Assembly (NCBI GenBank): GCA_050250895.1
Contig: JBFWNU010000001.1
Span: forward strand, 320,001-384,000
Reading direction: 5' to 3'
DNA: 64,000 nt
DNA from: Vulcanimicrobiota bacterium
GTDB lineage: Bacteria; Vulcanimicrobiota; Xenobia; Xenobiales; JADMJV01
Positions 19,405 to 28,273 of the stretch are shown here, piece by piece. A model generated the notes under the pieces. It did no database searches and was not told where the DNA came from. It saw only the letters and a list, made by a program, of their open reading frames with translations. Each line of letters opens with the position of its first letter. The stretch's first letter is position 1. Position numbers and translations under genes: made by a program.

Positions 19405-19758
19405 ATGACCTGGTTCAAGCTCTACGACAGCCGTTGGGAAAAGGCTCAAGCCGCGTTTCGACGCGATTGGGAACAAACCCGTCACGATCTCGGCTCCGAC
19501 CGTGCTCGCGACCTCAAGCAGAGCGCCGGAAACACGCTGTCTCAGATCTTTGGCGACGATCCCATACCGGTCGGCAGCTTCGACGAGCACGAGCCAGCCT
19601 TTCGCTACGGCTATGCTGCCGGGGCCCACCACGACCTGCCCTGGAACGCCGACCTGGACCGACGGTTGGCCGAGGATTATCCGGGCGACTGGCAGCGCGA
19701 CGGCACATACGTCCGTTATGCATATTTGTACTATCAACGAACCCGAACCGCCGTATGA
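19405..19758 (+). CDS. Hypothetical protein
   Basis: TACAGT-N6-ATG; motifs WEQTRHD and EPAFRYGY. Confidence 0.7.
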   Translation: MTWFKLYDSRWEKAQAAFRRDWEQTRHDLGSDRARDLKQSAGNTLSQIFGDDPIPVGSFDEHEPAFRYGYAAGAHHDLPWNADLDRRLAEDYPGDWQRDGTYVRYAYLYYQRTRTAV

Positions 19759-19827
19759 CCCTCCCAACCCCGTCCTCCGGGCCGCGCGATTCTTCGCGCG
19801 GCCCGATTTCAAAACAAGGAGTAACCC

Positions 19828-20340
19828 ATGAATGACATCGAGAAATTCGTAGACCTGCTAAGCGACTTTCGCTTCTGCATGATGACCACCGAAGGAGCCG
19901 ATGGTCGCTGGCATACTCGTCCAATGACCCTGCAGGACCCGAGCGAGGAGCGAGCCATCTGGTTCGTAGCCGTGCGCGACTGCAAGTCGGCCGCCAACCT
20001 GCGCCACAACCCGCGCCTGCAACTATCCTTCCTGCGCTCGAGCGACGGCGCCTGGATCACGTTGTATGGCCGAGTGGAGTTCGAAGACGACCCTGAACTC
20101 TTGCGCGACCTCTGGCAGGACAACTGGGATATCTGGTTCGACGAAGCCGACAAATTCGAACGGGCCGTGCTGGTCAACGTCGAGCCCATCCAGATCGAGT
20201 TCTGGGAGCCCGAGAAGGGCCGTTTTCACCAGTTCGTCGACATGGTCAAAGCCCGTTACTCAGACTCCTCGATCACTTTTGACGACTCGATTCATCGCCT
20301 CAGAGCCTCGGCCGAAGAGCTGATCCAGGCCAAGCGTTAA
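19828..20340 (+). CDS. Pyridoxamine 5'-phosphate oxidase-like general stress protein (YdaG type)
   Basis: CMMTT, TRPM, IWF, P..IEFW. Confidence 0.85.
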   Translation: MNDIEKFVDLLSDFRFCMMTTEGADGRWHTRPMTLQDPSEERAIWFVAVRDCKSAANLRHNPRLQLSFLRSSDGAWITLYGRVEFEDDPELLRDLWQDNWDIWFDEADKFERAVLVNVEPIQIEFWEPEKGRFHQFVDMVKARYSDSSITFDDSIHRLRASAEELIQAKR

Positions 20341-20375
20341 GAGGCACGCACGGCCTGATCGAAGAAGCGGGCCGG

Positions 20376-21983
20376 ATGGAAAGAACCGACTGCCTGATTG
20401 TGGGGGCCGGCCCGGTCGGGCTGGCCACCGCTTGTTTACTGCGCCACCACGGCATCGATTGTCGTTTGGTGGAAAAACTCGAGGCCCCTAGCGTGCTGAC
20501 CAAAGCGGCCGGCATCTGGTCACGCACCACCGAGGTGCTGGACTCGATGGGCCTCGCCCAGCGCTTCATCGAGGCGGGTAATCTGGCTCACGGTGGCAAC
20601 ATCTTCGGCGAGGGGCGCAGACTGGTGCATCTCGACCTGACCGCCGTGGATAGTCCCTTCAACTTCTTGTTGATGTTGCCCCAGCATGAAACCGAGCTCC
20701 TGCTGGTCGAGCATCTCGAGCAGTTGGGCGGCAAAGTCGAGCGAGGGTTGGCCCTGACCAGCCTGCAGCAAGATGCCGAGGGAGTGGACTGTGGCTTGGG
20801 AGACACCCAAATCCGAGCCAGCTATGTGGTGGGCTGCGACGGGGCCCACAGCACCGTGCGCAAGCAACTGGCCCTGCCCTTCGAAGGTCGTCCGGAAGAC
20901 GACATGTGGATGGTAGGTGACGTCACCATTCATGGGCCGCTGCCCGAGGACGAGATCTTTGTGTATCTGGCCGAAGAGGGCACCATGGCGCTTTTTCCGC
21001 TGGGCGACCATCGCTATCGGGTGGCGGCCATTGCCGGCCCCGATCACGACCCTGATAGCCAGTCACCCAGCCCCGAAATCTTCGAGGGAGCGATCCTCAA
21101 ACGCGGACCGGCCGGGCTCAACGTCAGCGGGGCCGAGAATCTATGGTATTTTCGTATCCATGAGCGCCAGGTTCCTCACTACCGGGTCGGTCGAGTCTTT
21201 CTGGCCGGCGACGCCGCCCACATTCACAGTCCGATGGGCGGACAGGGGATGAATACCGGCATTCAAGACGCCTTCAATCTGGCCTGGAAGCTCGCTATGG
21301 TCGTGCGCGGTCAGGCCGGGGAGAGGCTACTCGATAGTTATCACCTCGAGCGCCATCCGGTGGCTGAAAAGGTGATCCGGGGCACCACCTGGGGAACCCA
21401 CGCCATGACGCTAAAGTCGACAGTGGGCCAGCATATCCGCAATCGGGTCATGGGCCTGGTGTCGAAGTTACCCCTGTTCCAGAGTCGAGTTCCCCGCGTG
21501 GCCGCCGAAATCGATATTCACTACCGCCAGAGCCCGCTGTCGCTCGAGCCTCACGCCCTGCCTCACGGCTGGCTATTCAATGGCGGCGTCGCCAGTGGCA
21601 ACCGGGCGCCCAATGCTGTGGTCTTTCGAGGCTCCGATCACCAACCGGTAAGCCTCTTCGAGTTACTGCGAGAGCCGCATTTCCAATTGCTTTTGCTCAG
21701 CGGAATCAGTCCCGGCCCCGACTACGGTCGTCTCAAAGCCATCGCCCAGTGGGTGGGCTCCCACCACGCGGACCTGATCACACCCCATATCGTCTGTGCT
21801 CACCCCGACGCGCCCACCGACCTGCCCGGACTGTTACACGATCCCCAGCATGATCTACACCACCAGCATGCGGCCGCCCAGGAGTCGTTGGTGTTGATTC
21901 GCCCCGATGGCCATGTAGCTCATCGCAGCCAACCCGCCGATCTCGACGCTTTGCAGCGGTATCTCCAGCTAGTTCTACATTAA
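20376..21983 (+). CDS. FAD-dependent monooxygenase (PheA/TfdB family)
   Basis: GAGPVGL, GCDGAHS, GDAAHIHSPMGGQGMNTGIQDAFNLAWKL, IRPDGHV. Confidence 0.93.
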   Translation: MERTDCLIVGAGPVGLATACLLRHHGIDCRLVEKLEAPSVLTKAAGIWSRTTEVLDSMGLAQRFIEAGNLAHGGNIFGEGRRLVHLDLTAVDSPFNFLLMLPQHETELLLVEHLEQLGGKVERGLALTSLQQDAEGVDCGLGDTQIRASYVVGCDGAHSTVRKQLALPFEGRPEDDMWMVGDVTIHGPLPEDEIFVYLAEEGTMALFPLGDHRYRVAAIAGPDHDPDSQSPSPEIFEGAILKRGPAGLNVSGAENLWYFRIHERQVPHYRVGRVFLAGDAAHIHSPMGGQGMNTGIQDAFNLAWKLAMVVRGQAGERLLDSYHLERHPVAEKVIRGTTWGTHAMTLKSTVGQHIRNRVMGLVSKLPLFQSRVPRVAAEIDIHYRQSPLSLEPHALPHGWLFNGGVASGNRAPNAVVFRGSDHQPVSLFELLREPHFQLLLLSGISPGPDYGRLKAIAQWVGSHHADLITPHIVCAHPDAPTDLPGLLHDPQHDLHHQHAAAQESLVLIRPDGHVAHRSQPADLDALQRYLQLVLH

Positions 21984-23038
21984 CGGCTTCGAAGCGCAGC
22001 CGGGCGACGGCGACGACGAATCCGCAGGGGGACGACCTTGGGCGAGTCGGGCCAGATCTCGACAGCCACCTCGCGTCGGGCCAGAAATTGCAGGGCGAGC
22101 GGAAACCGCTCGGCCCAGCTGCGTTCGTCGTGGCGGTGGTCGGGAAAGGTCAGGTGGCAGAAATCCCGGCCCGGGGCGAAGCCGGCTCGTTCCAGGGCCA
22201 GTGCCATCTCGCGGGTGACCCGATAGTTATCGCCCGGGGCACCACTGTCGAGATAGACTCTCAGGTCGCGGGGAGTCTCGGCCATGACACGTTCCAACAG
22301 GTCGTCGCGATACGAGAAGGTGCTCGACATCGCTGCCACCGCCCCGAAGATCTCGGGGTATTCCCAGGCCAGGAAGAACGACACCACCCCTCCGAGCGAA
22401 GAGCCCATGACCAGGCGCTGGCCGGGCTCGGCGAGGGTGCGATAGTGGTTGTCGATGTGCGGCACGAGGGCCTGAGTCACGAATCGCCCATAGGCGTGAT
22501 AGCCCGGAGCGGTGTAGTTCTGGTGGCGGTCGTTGGGATAGACGCCCACCACGATGAATTCATTGAGGGCGCCCAGATGGACTAGCTTCTCGAGACTCTC
22601 CCCCACTTGCCAGGTCTGGCCCAGGAAGGCTTCTTGCGGTTCGAACAGGTTGGCGGCGTCTTGCATGTAGACCACCGGGTAGCGGCGCAGGCGATTCTCT
22701 TCGTAGCCGGCCGGCAAGAGCACGCGAATGCGATAGCTCTCGCCCCACCATGAGGTCACGTCGGCCGCCGGCTCGAGTCGGCCGGCAGCCTCGAAAAAAC
22801 GAGGGTAAACGATGATTTTCTGGCGATTGACCGCCACCATGTCGGCACCGATTGCCCAGTGCAATTCACCTTTGCGTTCCAAGCAGGGCTTGAACGAGAG
22901 GGTGGGCTGGTCATAGTCGAGGTGGAAGTGGTGGGTCTCGCCGTCGCTGCGCGAAGGACGGACGCCTGCCTGCCAATCATCCCCCTCGGTGCGAAGCACC
23001 AGATTCTTAGCCGGATAGCGGACGATGATGGTGAACAT
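21980..23038 (-). CDS. Alpha/beta hydrolase (putative esterase)
   Basis: YPVVYMQD, GSSLGG, YLDSG, H.E..W. Confidence 0.88.
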   Translation of the reverse strand: MFTIIVRYPAKNLVLRTEGDDWQAGVRPSRSDGETHHFHLDYDQPTLSFKPCLERKGELHWAIGADMVAVNRQKIIVYPRFFEAAGRLEPAADVTSWWGESYRIRVLLPAGYEENRLRRYPVVYMQDAANLFEPQEAFLGQTWQVGESLEKLVHLGALNEFIVVGVYPNDRHQNYTAPGYHAYGRFVTQALVPHIDNHYRTLAEPGQRLVMGSSLGGVVSFFLAWEYPEIFGAVAAMSSTFSYRDDLLERVMAETPRDLRVYLDSGAPGDNYRVTREMALALERAGFAPGRDFCHLTFPDHRHDERSWAERFPLALQFLARREVAVEIWPDSPKVVPLRIRRRRRPAALRSR

Positions 23039-23128
23039 TCGGTTTTCTCCTCATGCCAATTGTGAGGCAGAAGAGGAGCGGTGTCGCCGCTCAAAAGAGT
23101 TCTTCGGGCCTATCCGGCTGGACCTATC

Positions 23129-25309
23129 CTACGCCTCGACGGCATGGAGCTCGCGCCGCATCAAACGAATGCGCTCCGCCAGCTCACCGCCCAACATCCA
23201 CAACAGGCGTCCGGCGGCCTGGGGATGCTGACGCTGCAGCTGCTCGAGGCTGTCACGGTTCAGGCAGAAGGCCTTGAGAGGCAGGTCGACCACGGCGCTC
23301 GACTGGCGCGTCTCGTTCATCAGCATCGAGACCTCTCCGATCACGGCACCGGGGCCAAAATGGCTCAGCCGACCATTGTCGGGCTGGTCGCCCAGGAACA
23401 GGTGGACCGCCCCGGCCGTGATGATAAAGAGTGAGTCTCCGGGGTCACCCACTCGGAAAAGGAAGTCGCCCTGATTCAAGTCGACCTCGGTCATGGCCGA
23501 GCGGACCGCCTCGAACTCGGACGGGCCAAAGTCTGCAAACAGTTCGAGTTCTTTGAGGGCGTGCTGGTGATAGGCCCCGTCGGCACTGGCCTCGGCTTTG
23601 AGCACCTCGACCTCGCTCCACTCCAGGGCCCGGTCGCGATCCTGGAAGAAGAAGGCCGGTCCTACCGCCTCGATCACTCCCAGGTCCTGCAGAAAGCTCC
23701 ACTGAGGACCCTCTTTAGGCAGGCCCGCCACGGCCAATTTTCGACCGCTGGCCGAGATGGTCTCTTGCAACAAAGCGATGGCGCGACCACCCGAGCTGTC
23801 GATACCGGTAGTGCGATGAAGATCGAGAATGACTCGCTGGGTCTCGGGCTTGAGATTGTCTTCGACTGCGCGCGAGAACCGGTCGGCGGAGCCGAAGAAC
23901 AGCGGTCCCTGCAGTTCGACCACCAGCGTCTCGAGACCGTGACCCGCCAGCACTTCCTGGGCCCGGTGGGGGTAAACCCGGCGCGAGCGCAGGGTCTCGG
24001 CGGTGTAGATGCCTCGAATTACGGTGGCGCTGGATTTGCCCACGAAGTAGAGACTGGCCAGCACCAAACCCAGGGCCACTGCCACCATCAAGTCCACCAC
24101 GACGGTAACCACGGTCACGACGGCCACCAGCGCCAGGTTGACGGCGACTTCTTTCTTGTTGGCGGCAGCGCTCGCCAATTTCTTGAGCAGCCCGCTGCTC
24201 CAGGTGTCGATCATGCCCCAGGCCGTCACCATCAGGATGGCGCTAAGAACCACATTGGGAATCTTACCGGCGGTCGAGCCGATCAAAAGCACCACGGTCA
24301 GCAGGCAAATGCTGTGGAACATGCCCGAGAGCTTGCCGCGACCGCCCGCGTCGATGTTGACCAGGGTGCGAATGGTGGCGCCCGCGCCGGCCAGGCCGCC
24401 AAAACAACCAGACACGGCATTACCGATCCCCTGGCCGATCAGCTCCTGGTCGCTGTCGTGACGGGTTTTGACCACGGTGTCGGCCACCAGCGAGGTGAGC
24501 AGGCTATCGATGGCTCCCAGCAGGCTCAGCGAAATGGCGGCCGTGATGATGAGAGGAAAGATCTCGGTGAAGATTGGGCTCGAGGGCATGGCCAGGAAGG
24601 CGGGAACGTTCTTCAAACTGGGAATGGCCGTAGGCACCTCGCCCACTACTCGACCCAGAGCGGTGTCCGGCACCAGATGGTGCACGAGGTAGTATAGCGC
24701 CGTGCCGAAAGTGAGCCCCACCAGCGAGCCTGGCACTGCCTTGGTGACCTTCGGGGTTACCATGATGACGGCCACGGTCAGCAGCCCAATCAGCGTGGTT
24801 GCCGTGTCGATGGTTCCGTCTTCGGCCCCCACGAAAGGCTTGCATTGACTGAGAAAAATGATTACGGCGATGCCGTTCATGAAGCCGGCCGTTACAGGGT
24901 ATGGGATGTATCTTACCAGCCCACCGAAGCGAAGCAAGCCCAGCGCAATCTGAAACAGCCCGGCTAAAGCGACCGAAAGGAAGGCAGCCAGCAGGATCTC
25001 TTCGCCACTCAGACGAGCTCCGAAGCGAGCCACGAAGGTAGCCACGATACCCGCCAACACCGTCGACATCGGTCCGGTCGGCCCCGTTACCTGGCTGGAA
25101 GTGCCTCCGAAGGCCGAGGCGCAAAAGCCGGTAAAAATGGCCCCGTAGAGACCGGCAACCGCTCCTACCGAACTCCACTCGGGACCAAGCGGGGCCGTGA
25201 CCATCACCCCGAAAGCGATCGCCAGCGGCAGGGCGGTAACTGCCGCGGTCAAGCCCCCAAAAAGATCGGCTTTCGGATTATTGGTGATTTTAGGTAGCGT
25301 TGGACTCAT
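23129..25309 (-). CDS. SulP/SLC26 anion transporter with STAS and cNMP-binding domains
   Basis: ALPLAIAFG, GPTGPM, ELIGQGIGN, GPLFFGS, GAVIGEVS. Confidence 0.93.
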   Translation of the reverse strand: MSPTLPKITNNPKADLFGGLTAAVTALPLAIAFGVMVTAPLGPEWSSVGAVAGLYGAIFTGFCASAFGGTSSQVTGPTGPMSTVLAGIVATFVARFGARLSGEEILLAAFLSVALAGLFQIALGLLRFGGLVRYIPYPVTAGFMNGIAVIIFLSQCKPFVGAEDGTIDTATTLIGLLTVAVIMVTPKVTKAVPGSLVGLTFGTALYYLVHHLVPDTALGRVVGEVPTAIPSLKNVPAFLAMPSSPIFTEIFPLIITAAISLSLLGAIDSLLTSLVADTVVKTRHDSDQELIGQGIGNAVSGCFGGLAGAGATIRTLVNIDAGGRGKLSGMFHSICLLTVVLLIGSTAGKIPNVVLSAILMVTAWGMIDTWSSGLLKKLASAAANKKEVAVNLALVAVVTVVTVVVDLMVAVALGLVLASLYFVGKSSATVIRGIYTAETLRSRRVYPHRAQEVLAGHGLETLVVELQGPLFFGSADRFSRAVEDNLKPETQRVILDLHRTTGIDSSGGRAIALLQETISASGRKLAVAGLPKEGPQWSFLQDLGVIEAVGPAFFFQDRDRALEWSEVEVLKAEASADGAYHQHALKELELFADFGPSEFEAVRSAMTEVDLNQGDFLFRVGDPGDSLFIITAGAVHLFLGDQPDNGRLSHFGPGAVIGEVSMLMNETRQSSAVVDLPLKAFCLNRDSLEQLQRQHPQAAGRLLWMLGGELAERIRLMRRELHAVEA

Positions 25310-25317
25310 TGTTAACC

Positions 25318-25372
25318 ACGGTATCGGTCTATCGTGAGGATTTAATGAGGAAGTGGTGAGATCGCGATGAAA
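25318..25372 (-). promoter_or_regulatory. Four YTCAY direct repeats at 11-bp period, then N10-TACCGT-N8-ATG (OmpR/PhoB-type site)
   Basis: Plus-strand boxes at 25334, 25345, 25356, 25367. Confidence 0.65.
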
Positions 25373-25421
25373 AGATGAGCCAACTTTCGTAAATCCTCAT
25401 CATTCCCTCATCTTTCTCCGC

Positions 25422-25450
25422 TTGCACGCCTCACCTGGGAGGGGTAGCCT
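25422..25450 (+). promoter_or_regulatory. Sigma70-type promoter TTGCAC-N17-TAGCCT for the carbonic anhydrase gene
   Basis: Consensus-like hexamers with a 17-nt spacer; CTCAT boxes at 25396 and 25407 just upstream. Confidence 0.6.
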
Positions 25451-25455
25451 GAAAC

Positions 25456-25534
25456 GTGACGGTGGCGGTAGCTGTGAAATGGGCGGTCGCAGGAAAGTTC
25501 GCCCCTTCCCCGACCGAACTACCGCCACCGTCGC
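25456..25534 (+). ncRNA. Structured 5' leader, candidate cis-regulatory RNA
   Basis: 14-bp perfect stem 25458-25471/25519-25532 with inner stem CGGTCG/CGACCG. Confidence 0.45.
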
Positions 25535-25548
25535 CAAATGGAGGACGC

Positions 25549-26151
25549 ATGATTCTAAAGCAGGGTATCGAAAAATTTCGCCAGGAACAGTATCCGCAGT
25601 TGCGCGAGCGCTTTCACAAGCTGGCCAATGGGCAGGAACCTAGAGTGCTGTTCATCACTTGCTCCGATTCTCGGATCGTGCCGAGCCTGATTACCCAGAC
25701 AGGTCCCGGAGAACTCTTCGTCATCCGCAACGCCGGCAATCTGGTGCCCCCTTACGCGGCTGCAGCCGGCAGCGGCGAGAGCGGCAGCCTCGAATACGCG
25801 GTCAGTGTGCTCAAGGTGACCGACATCGTGGTCTGCGGCCACTCTGACTGCGGAGCCATGAAAGCGGTGGTCTCGCCCAAGGTGCTCGATTCCCTCCCCG
25901 AGGTCAGGAATTGGCTGCGGCTGGCCACCCCGACCAGGCAAGCCGTGCTGGCCCGCGAGGGCGACGACAGGGTCGAGTTCGCCATCGCTCATAACGTCAA
26001 GACTCAACTCGAGAACCTGAAGACCCATCCCTGCGTCTCCGCTCGCCTAAAAGAGGGCGATCTCTGGTTGCACGGCTGGATCTATCACATCGCTTCGGGG
26101 CAAATCGATGTGCTCAAACAGACCCGGGAGGCAGTGGCCATCACCGGATAG
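25549..26151 (+). CDS. Beta-class carbonic anhydrase
   Basis: CSDSR, RNAGN, CGHSDCGAM; SD GGAGG. Confidence 0.95.
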   Translation: MILKQGIEKFRQEQYPQLRERFHKLANGQEPRVLFITCSDSRIVPSLITQTGPGELFVIRNAGNLVPPYAAAAGSGESGSLEYAVSVLKVTDIVVCGHSDCGAMKAVVSPKVLDSLPEVRNWLRLATPTRQAVLAREGDDRVEFAIAHNVKTQLENLKTHPCVSARLKEGDLWLHGWIYHIASGQIDVLKQTREAVAITG

Positions 26152-26191
26152 CCGCAGGCTTTTCGCTCGGCTCGGCGGAAGGGCCCGAGCC

Positions 26192-27574
26192 ATGGAAACC
26201 CTCAAAGGCCTGTCTCTTCGAGCCCGGCTGGCTCTCTTGCTGGCCGGCGTTTTGGCCGTTTGTTTCTCGTTGGTGGGGCTGCTCCACTACGAGAACATGC
26301 ATCTCGCCCTGCTCACCGAGATCGACGAGACCCTGGTGTTGCGCGCCGCCAACGTCGGGGAGCAGTTGCGGAGCAGCGGGGTGCGTACTCTGGAGGCCGC
26401 TCGCGGGCTCGACCTCGATGAAGCACCGCCGTTTGCCATGGGCTCGAGTCCCGAGGTGTATGTCGAACTGGTCAGCCCCGCGGGCGAGGTCGTCAAAACC
26501 TCATCCAATCTGCACGGGGTGAGCCTGCCTCCGACCGCCAGCGGGCAACCCAAAGAGACCGTGAGCGTCGACGGCATGCGGCTACGCCGCCTGACGGTGC
26601 CGTATCCGGCCGGCTCTGCGCCGCTGCTCCACATCGTCGTGGGCGAATCGCTGCACCTCATGGACGCCTCGCTGGCCCTGGCGGCCCAGCGGACCGTGGC
26701 CATTGCCATGCTCACCCTGGGCTTGACCCTGGGTCTCTGCGGCATGGCCCTCGACCAGGGTTTGCGTCCCTTGAGACGCCTCGCCAACACCATCGATACC
26801 ATCGTGCGCACCGGCGACATGTCACGCCGGGTCGAAGTGCCGCCAGGGCAAGACGAAGTGGCCAAGGTGGCCTCGACCTTCAATGTGCTCATCGGGCGGG
26901 TCGGCGGTCTGCTCGACGCCCAGCGCGAGTTTCTGGCCGATACCTCACACGAACTGCGCAACCCTCTGACCGTGATCCAGACCGACCTCGACCTGCTGGG
27001 CCGCGAGCTTGACGCCGAAACGCGCCGCGAGGTGTCCGACGAGGCATCGCGCGAGACCGGTCGCATGATCCGGCTGGTCCAGGACCTGATGGAGCTTTCC
27101 TGGGCTGAAACCGAGAAGAAGATTCGACCCGAGTCCGTGGACTTACGGGCGCTGGTGGAGCGACTGGTGGAGCGCCTCGGCCAGGCCGAGCAGACCAGCC
27201 TCACCCTCGAGCCGGGCCCCGATCCGCTGGTGTGGGCCGACCCCGAGCGGGTCGAGCAGATCCTGATCAACCTGATCGGCAACGCCCTGCGGCATTCCGG
27301 GGGGCAGGTTCGGGTGGCCATCGATCTCGACCAGCAGCGAGGCCTGGTCAGGGTGAGCGATGACGGTTGCGGCATCGCCCCCGAACACCTTCCCAAGCTG
27401 TTCGAGCGATTCTATCGGGTCGACAAGTCGCGCAACCGCGTATCGGGGGGCGCGGGCCTTGGCCTGCCGCTGGCGCGGGCCCTGGCTCGGGCTCACGGAG
27501 GTGAGATCTCGGTCGAGAGCAGCCTGGGAGAAGGCTCCACTTTTACCGTGAGTCTACCGCTTAGTCCGACTTGA
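26192..27574 (+). CDS. HAMP sensor histidine kinase
   Basis: SHELRNPL, NLIGNALRH, DDGCGI, FERFYR, GAGLGL. Confidence 0.93.
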   Translation: METLKGLSLRARLALLLAGVLAVCFSLVGLLHYENMHLALLTEIDETLVLRAANVGEQLRSSGVRTLEAARGLDLDEAPPFAMGSSPEVYVELVSPAGEVVKTSSNLHGVSLPPTASGQPKETVSVDGMRLRRLTVPYPAGSAPLLHIVVGESLHLMDASLALAAQRTVAIAMLTLGLTLGLCGMALDQGLRPLRRLANTIDTIVRTGDMSRRVEVPPGQDEVAKVASTFNVLIGRVGGLLDAQREFLADTSHELRNPLTVIQTDLDLLGRELDAETRREVSDEASRETGRMIRLVQDLMELSWAETEKKIRPESVDLRALVERLVERLGQAEQTSLTLEPGPDPLVWADPERVEQILINLIGNALRHSGGQVRVAIDLDQQRGLVRVSDDGCGIAPEHLPKLFERFYRVDKSRNRVSGGAGLGLPLARALARAHGGEISVESSLGEGSTFTVSLPLSPT

Positions 27575-28247
27575 GCACGTAGCCGACCCCGCGCACCGTC
27601 TGCAACAAGCGAGAGGCGCCGCCAGCCTCGGTTTTGTCACGAAGCTGGCGCACGAACACGTCGACCACGTTGGAACTGCCCTCATGGTCGTACCCCCACA
27701 CCGTTTCCAGGATCTGCTCGCGGGTCAGCACCTGGCGAGGGTGACGCATGAAATACTCCAGTAGAGAGAACTCGCGGGGCGTGAGTTGCAAGACTTGACT
27801 ACCACGGCGCACCTCGCGCGAGGTGGCGTCGAGATGCAGGTCTTCAAAATCGAGCGTCACTACTCGGGACACCGTGGCCACCCGGCTGCGTCGCAGCAGC
27901 GCCCGAATGCGAGCCAGCAACTCGGGCAGTTCGAACGGCTTGACCAGATAGTCGTCGGCCCCCCGCTCGAGCCCGGTCACTTTGTCTTGCAGACTGTCGC
28001 GCGCGGTCAGCATCAGGATGGGCACGTCGCTGGTCTCGCGAATCTTCTCGGCCAGCTGAAAGCCGTCGAGCCCGGGCAACATCACATCGAGGATCAACAG
28101 AGCCGGTTCCTGGCTCATCGCCTCGAGCGCGGCCGGGGCGTCCTGGGCCACCGCCACGGCAAAGCCTTCAAAGGCCAGCCGGCGACGCACCGAGGCGGCC
28201 ACGGCCGGGTCATCTTCAATCAGCAAAATACGGGTTCCGTCGCTCAT
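27561..28247 (-). CDS. OmpR/MprA-family response regulator
   Basis: LIEDD, LDVMLPG, GADDYLVKPF, winged helix TVRGVGY. Confidence 0.95.
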   Translation of the reverse strand: MSDGTRILLIEDDPAVAASVRRRLAFEGFAVAVAQDAPAALEAMSQEPALLILDVMLPGLDGFQLAEKIRETSDVPILMLTARDSLQDKVTGLERGADDYLVKPFELPELLARIRALLRRSRVATVSRVVTLDFEDLHLDATSREVRRGSQVLQLTPREFSLLEYFMRHPRQVLTREQILETVWGYDHEGSSNVVDVFVRQLRDKTEAGGASRLLQTVRGVGYVLKSD

Positions 28248-28273
28248 TCGCTGCCGTGCATTCGGCGAGGCCG

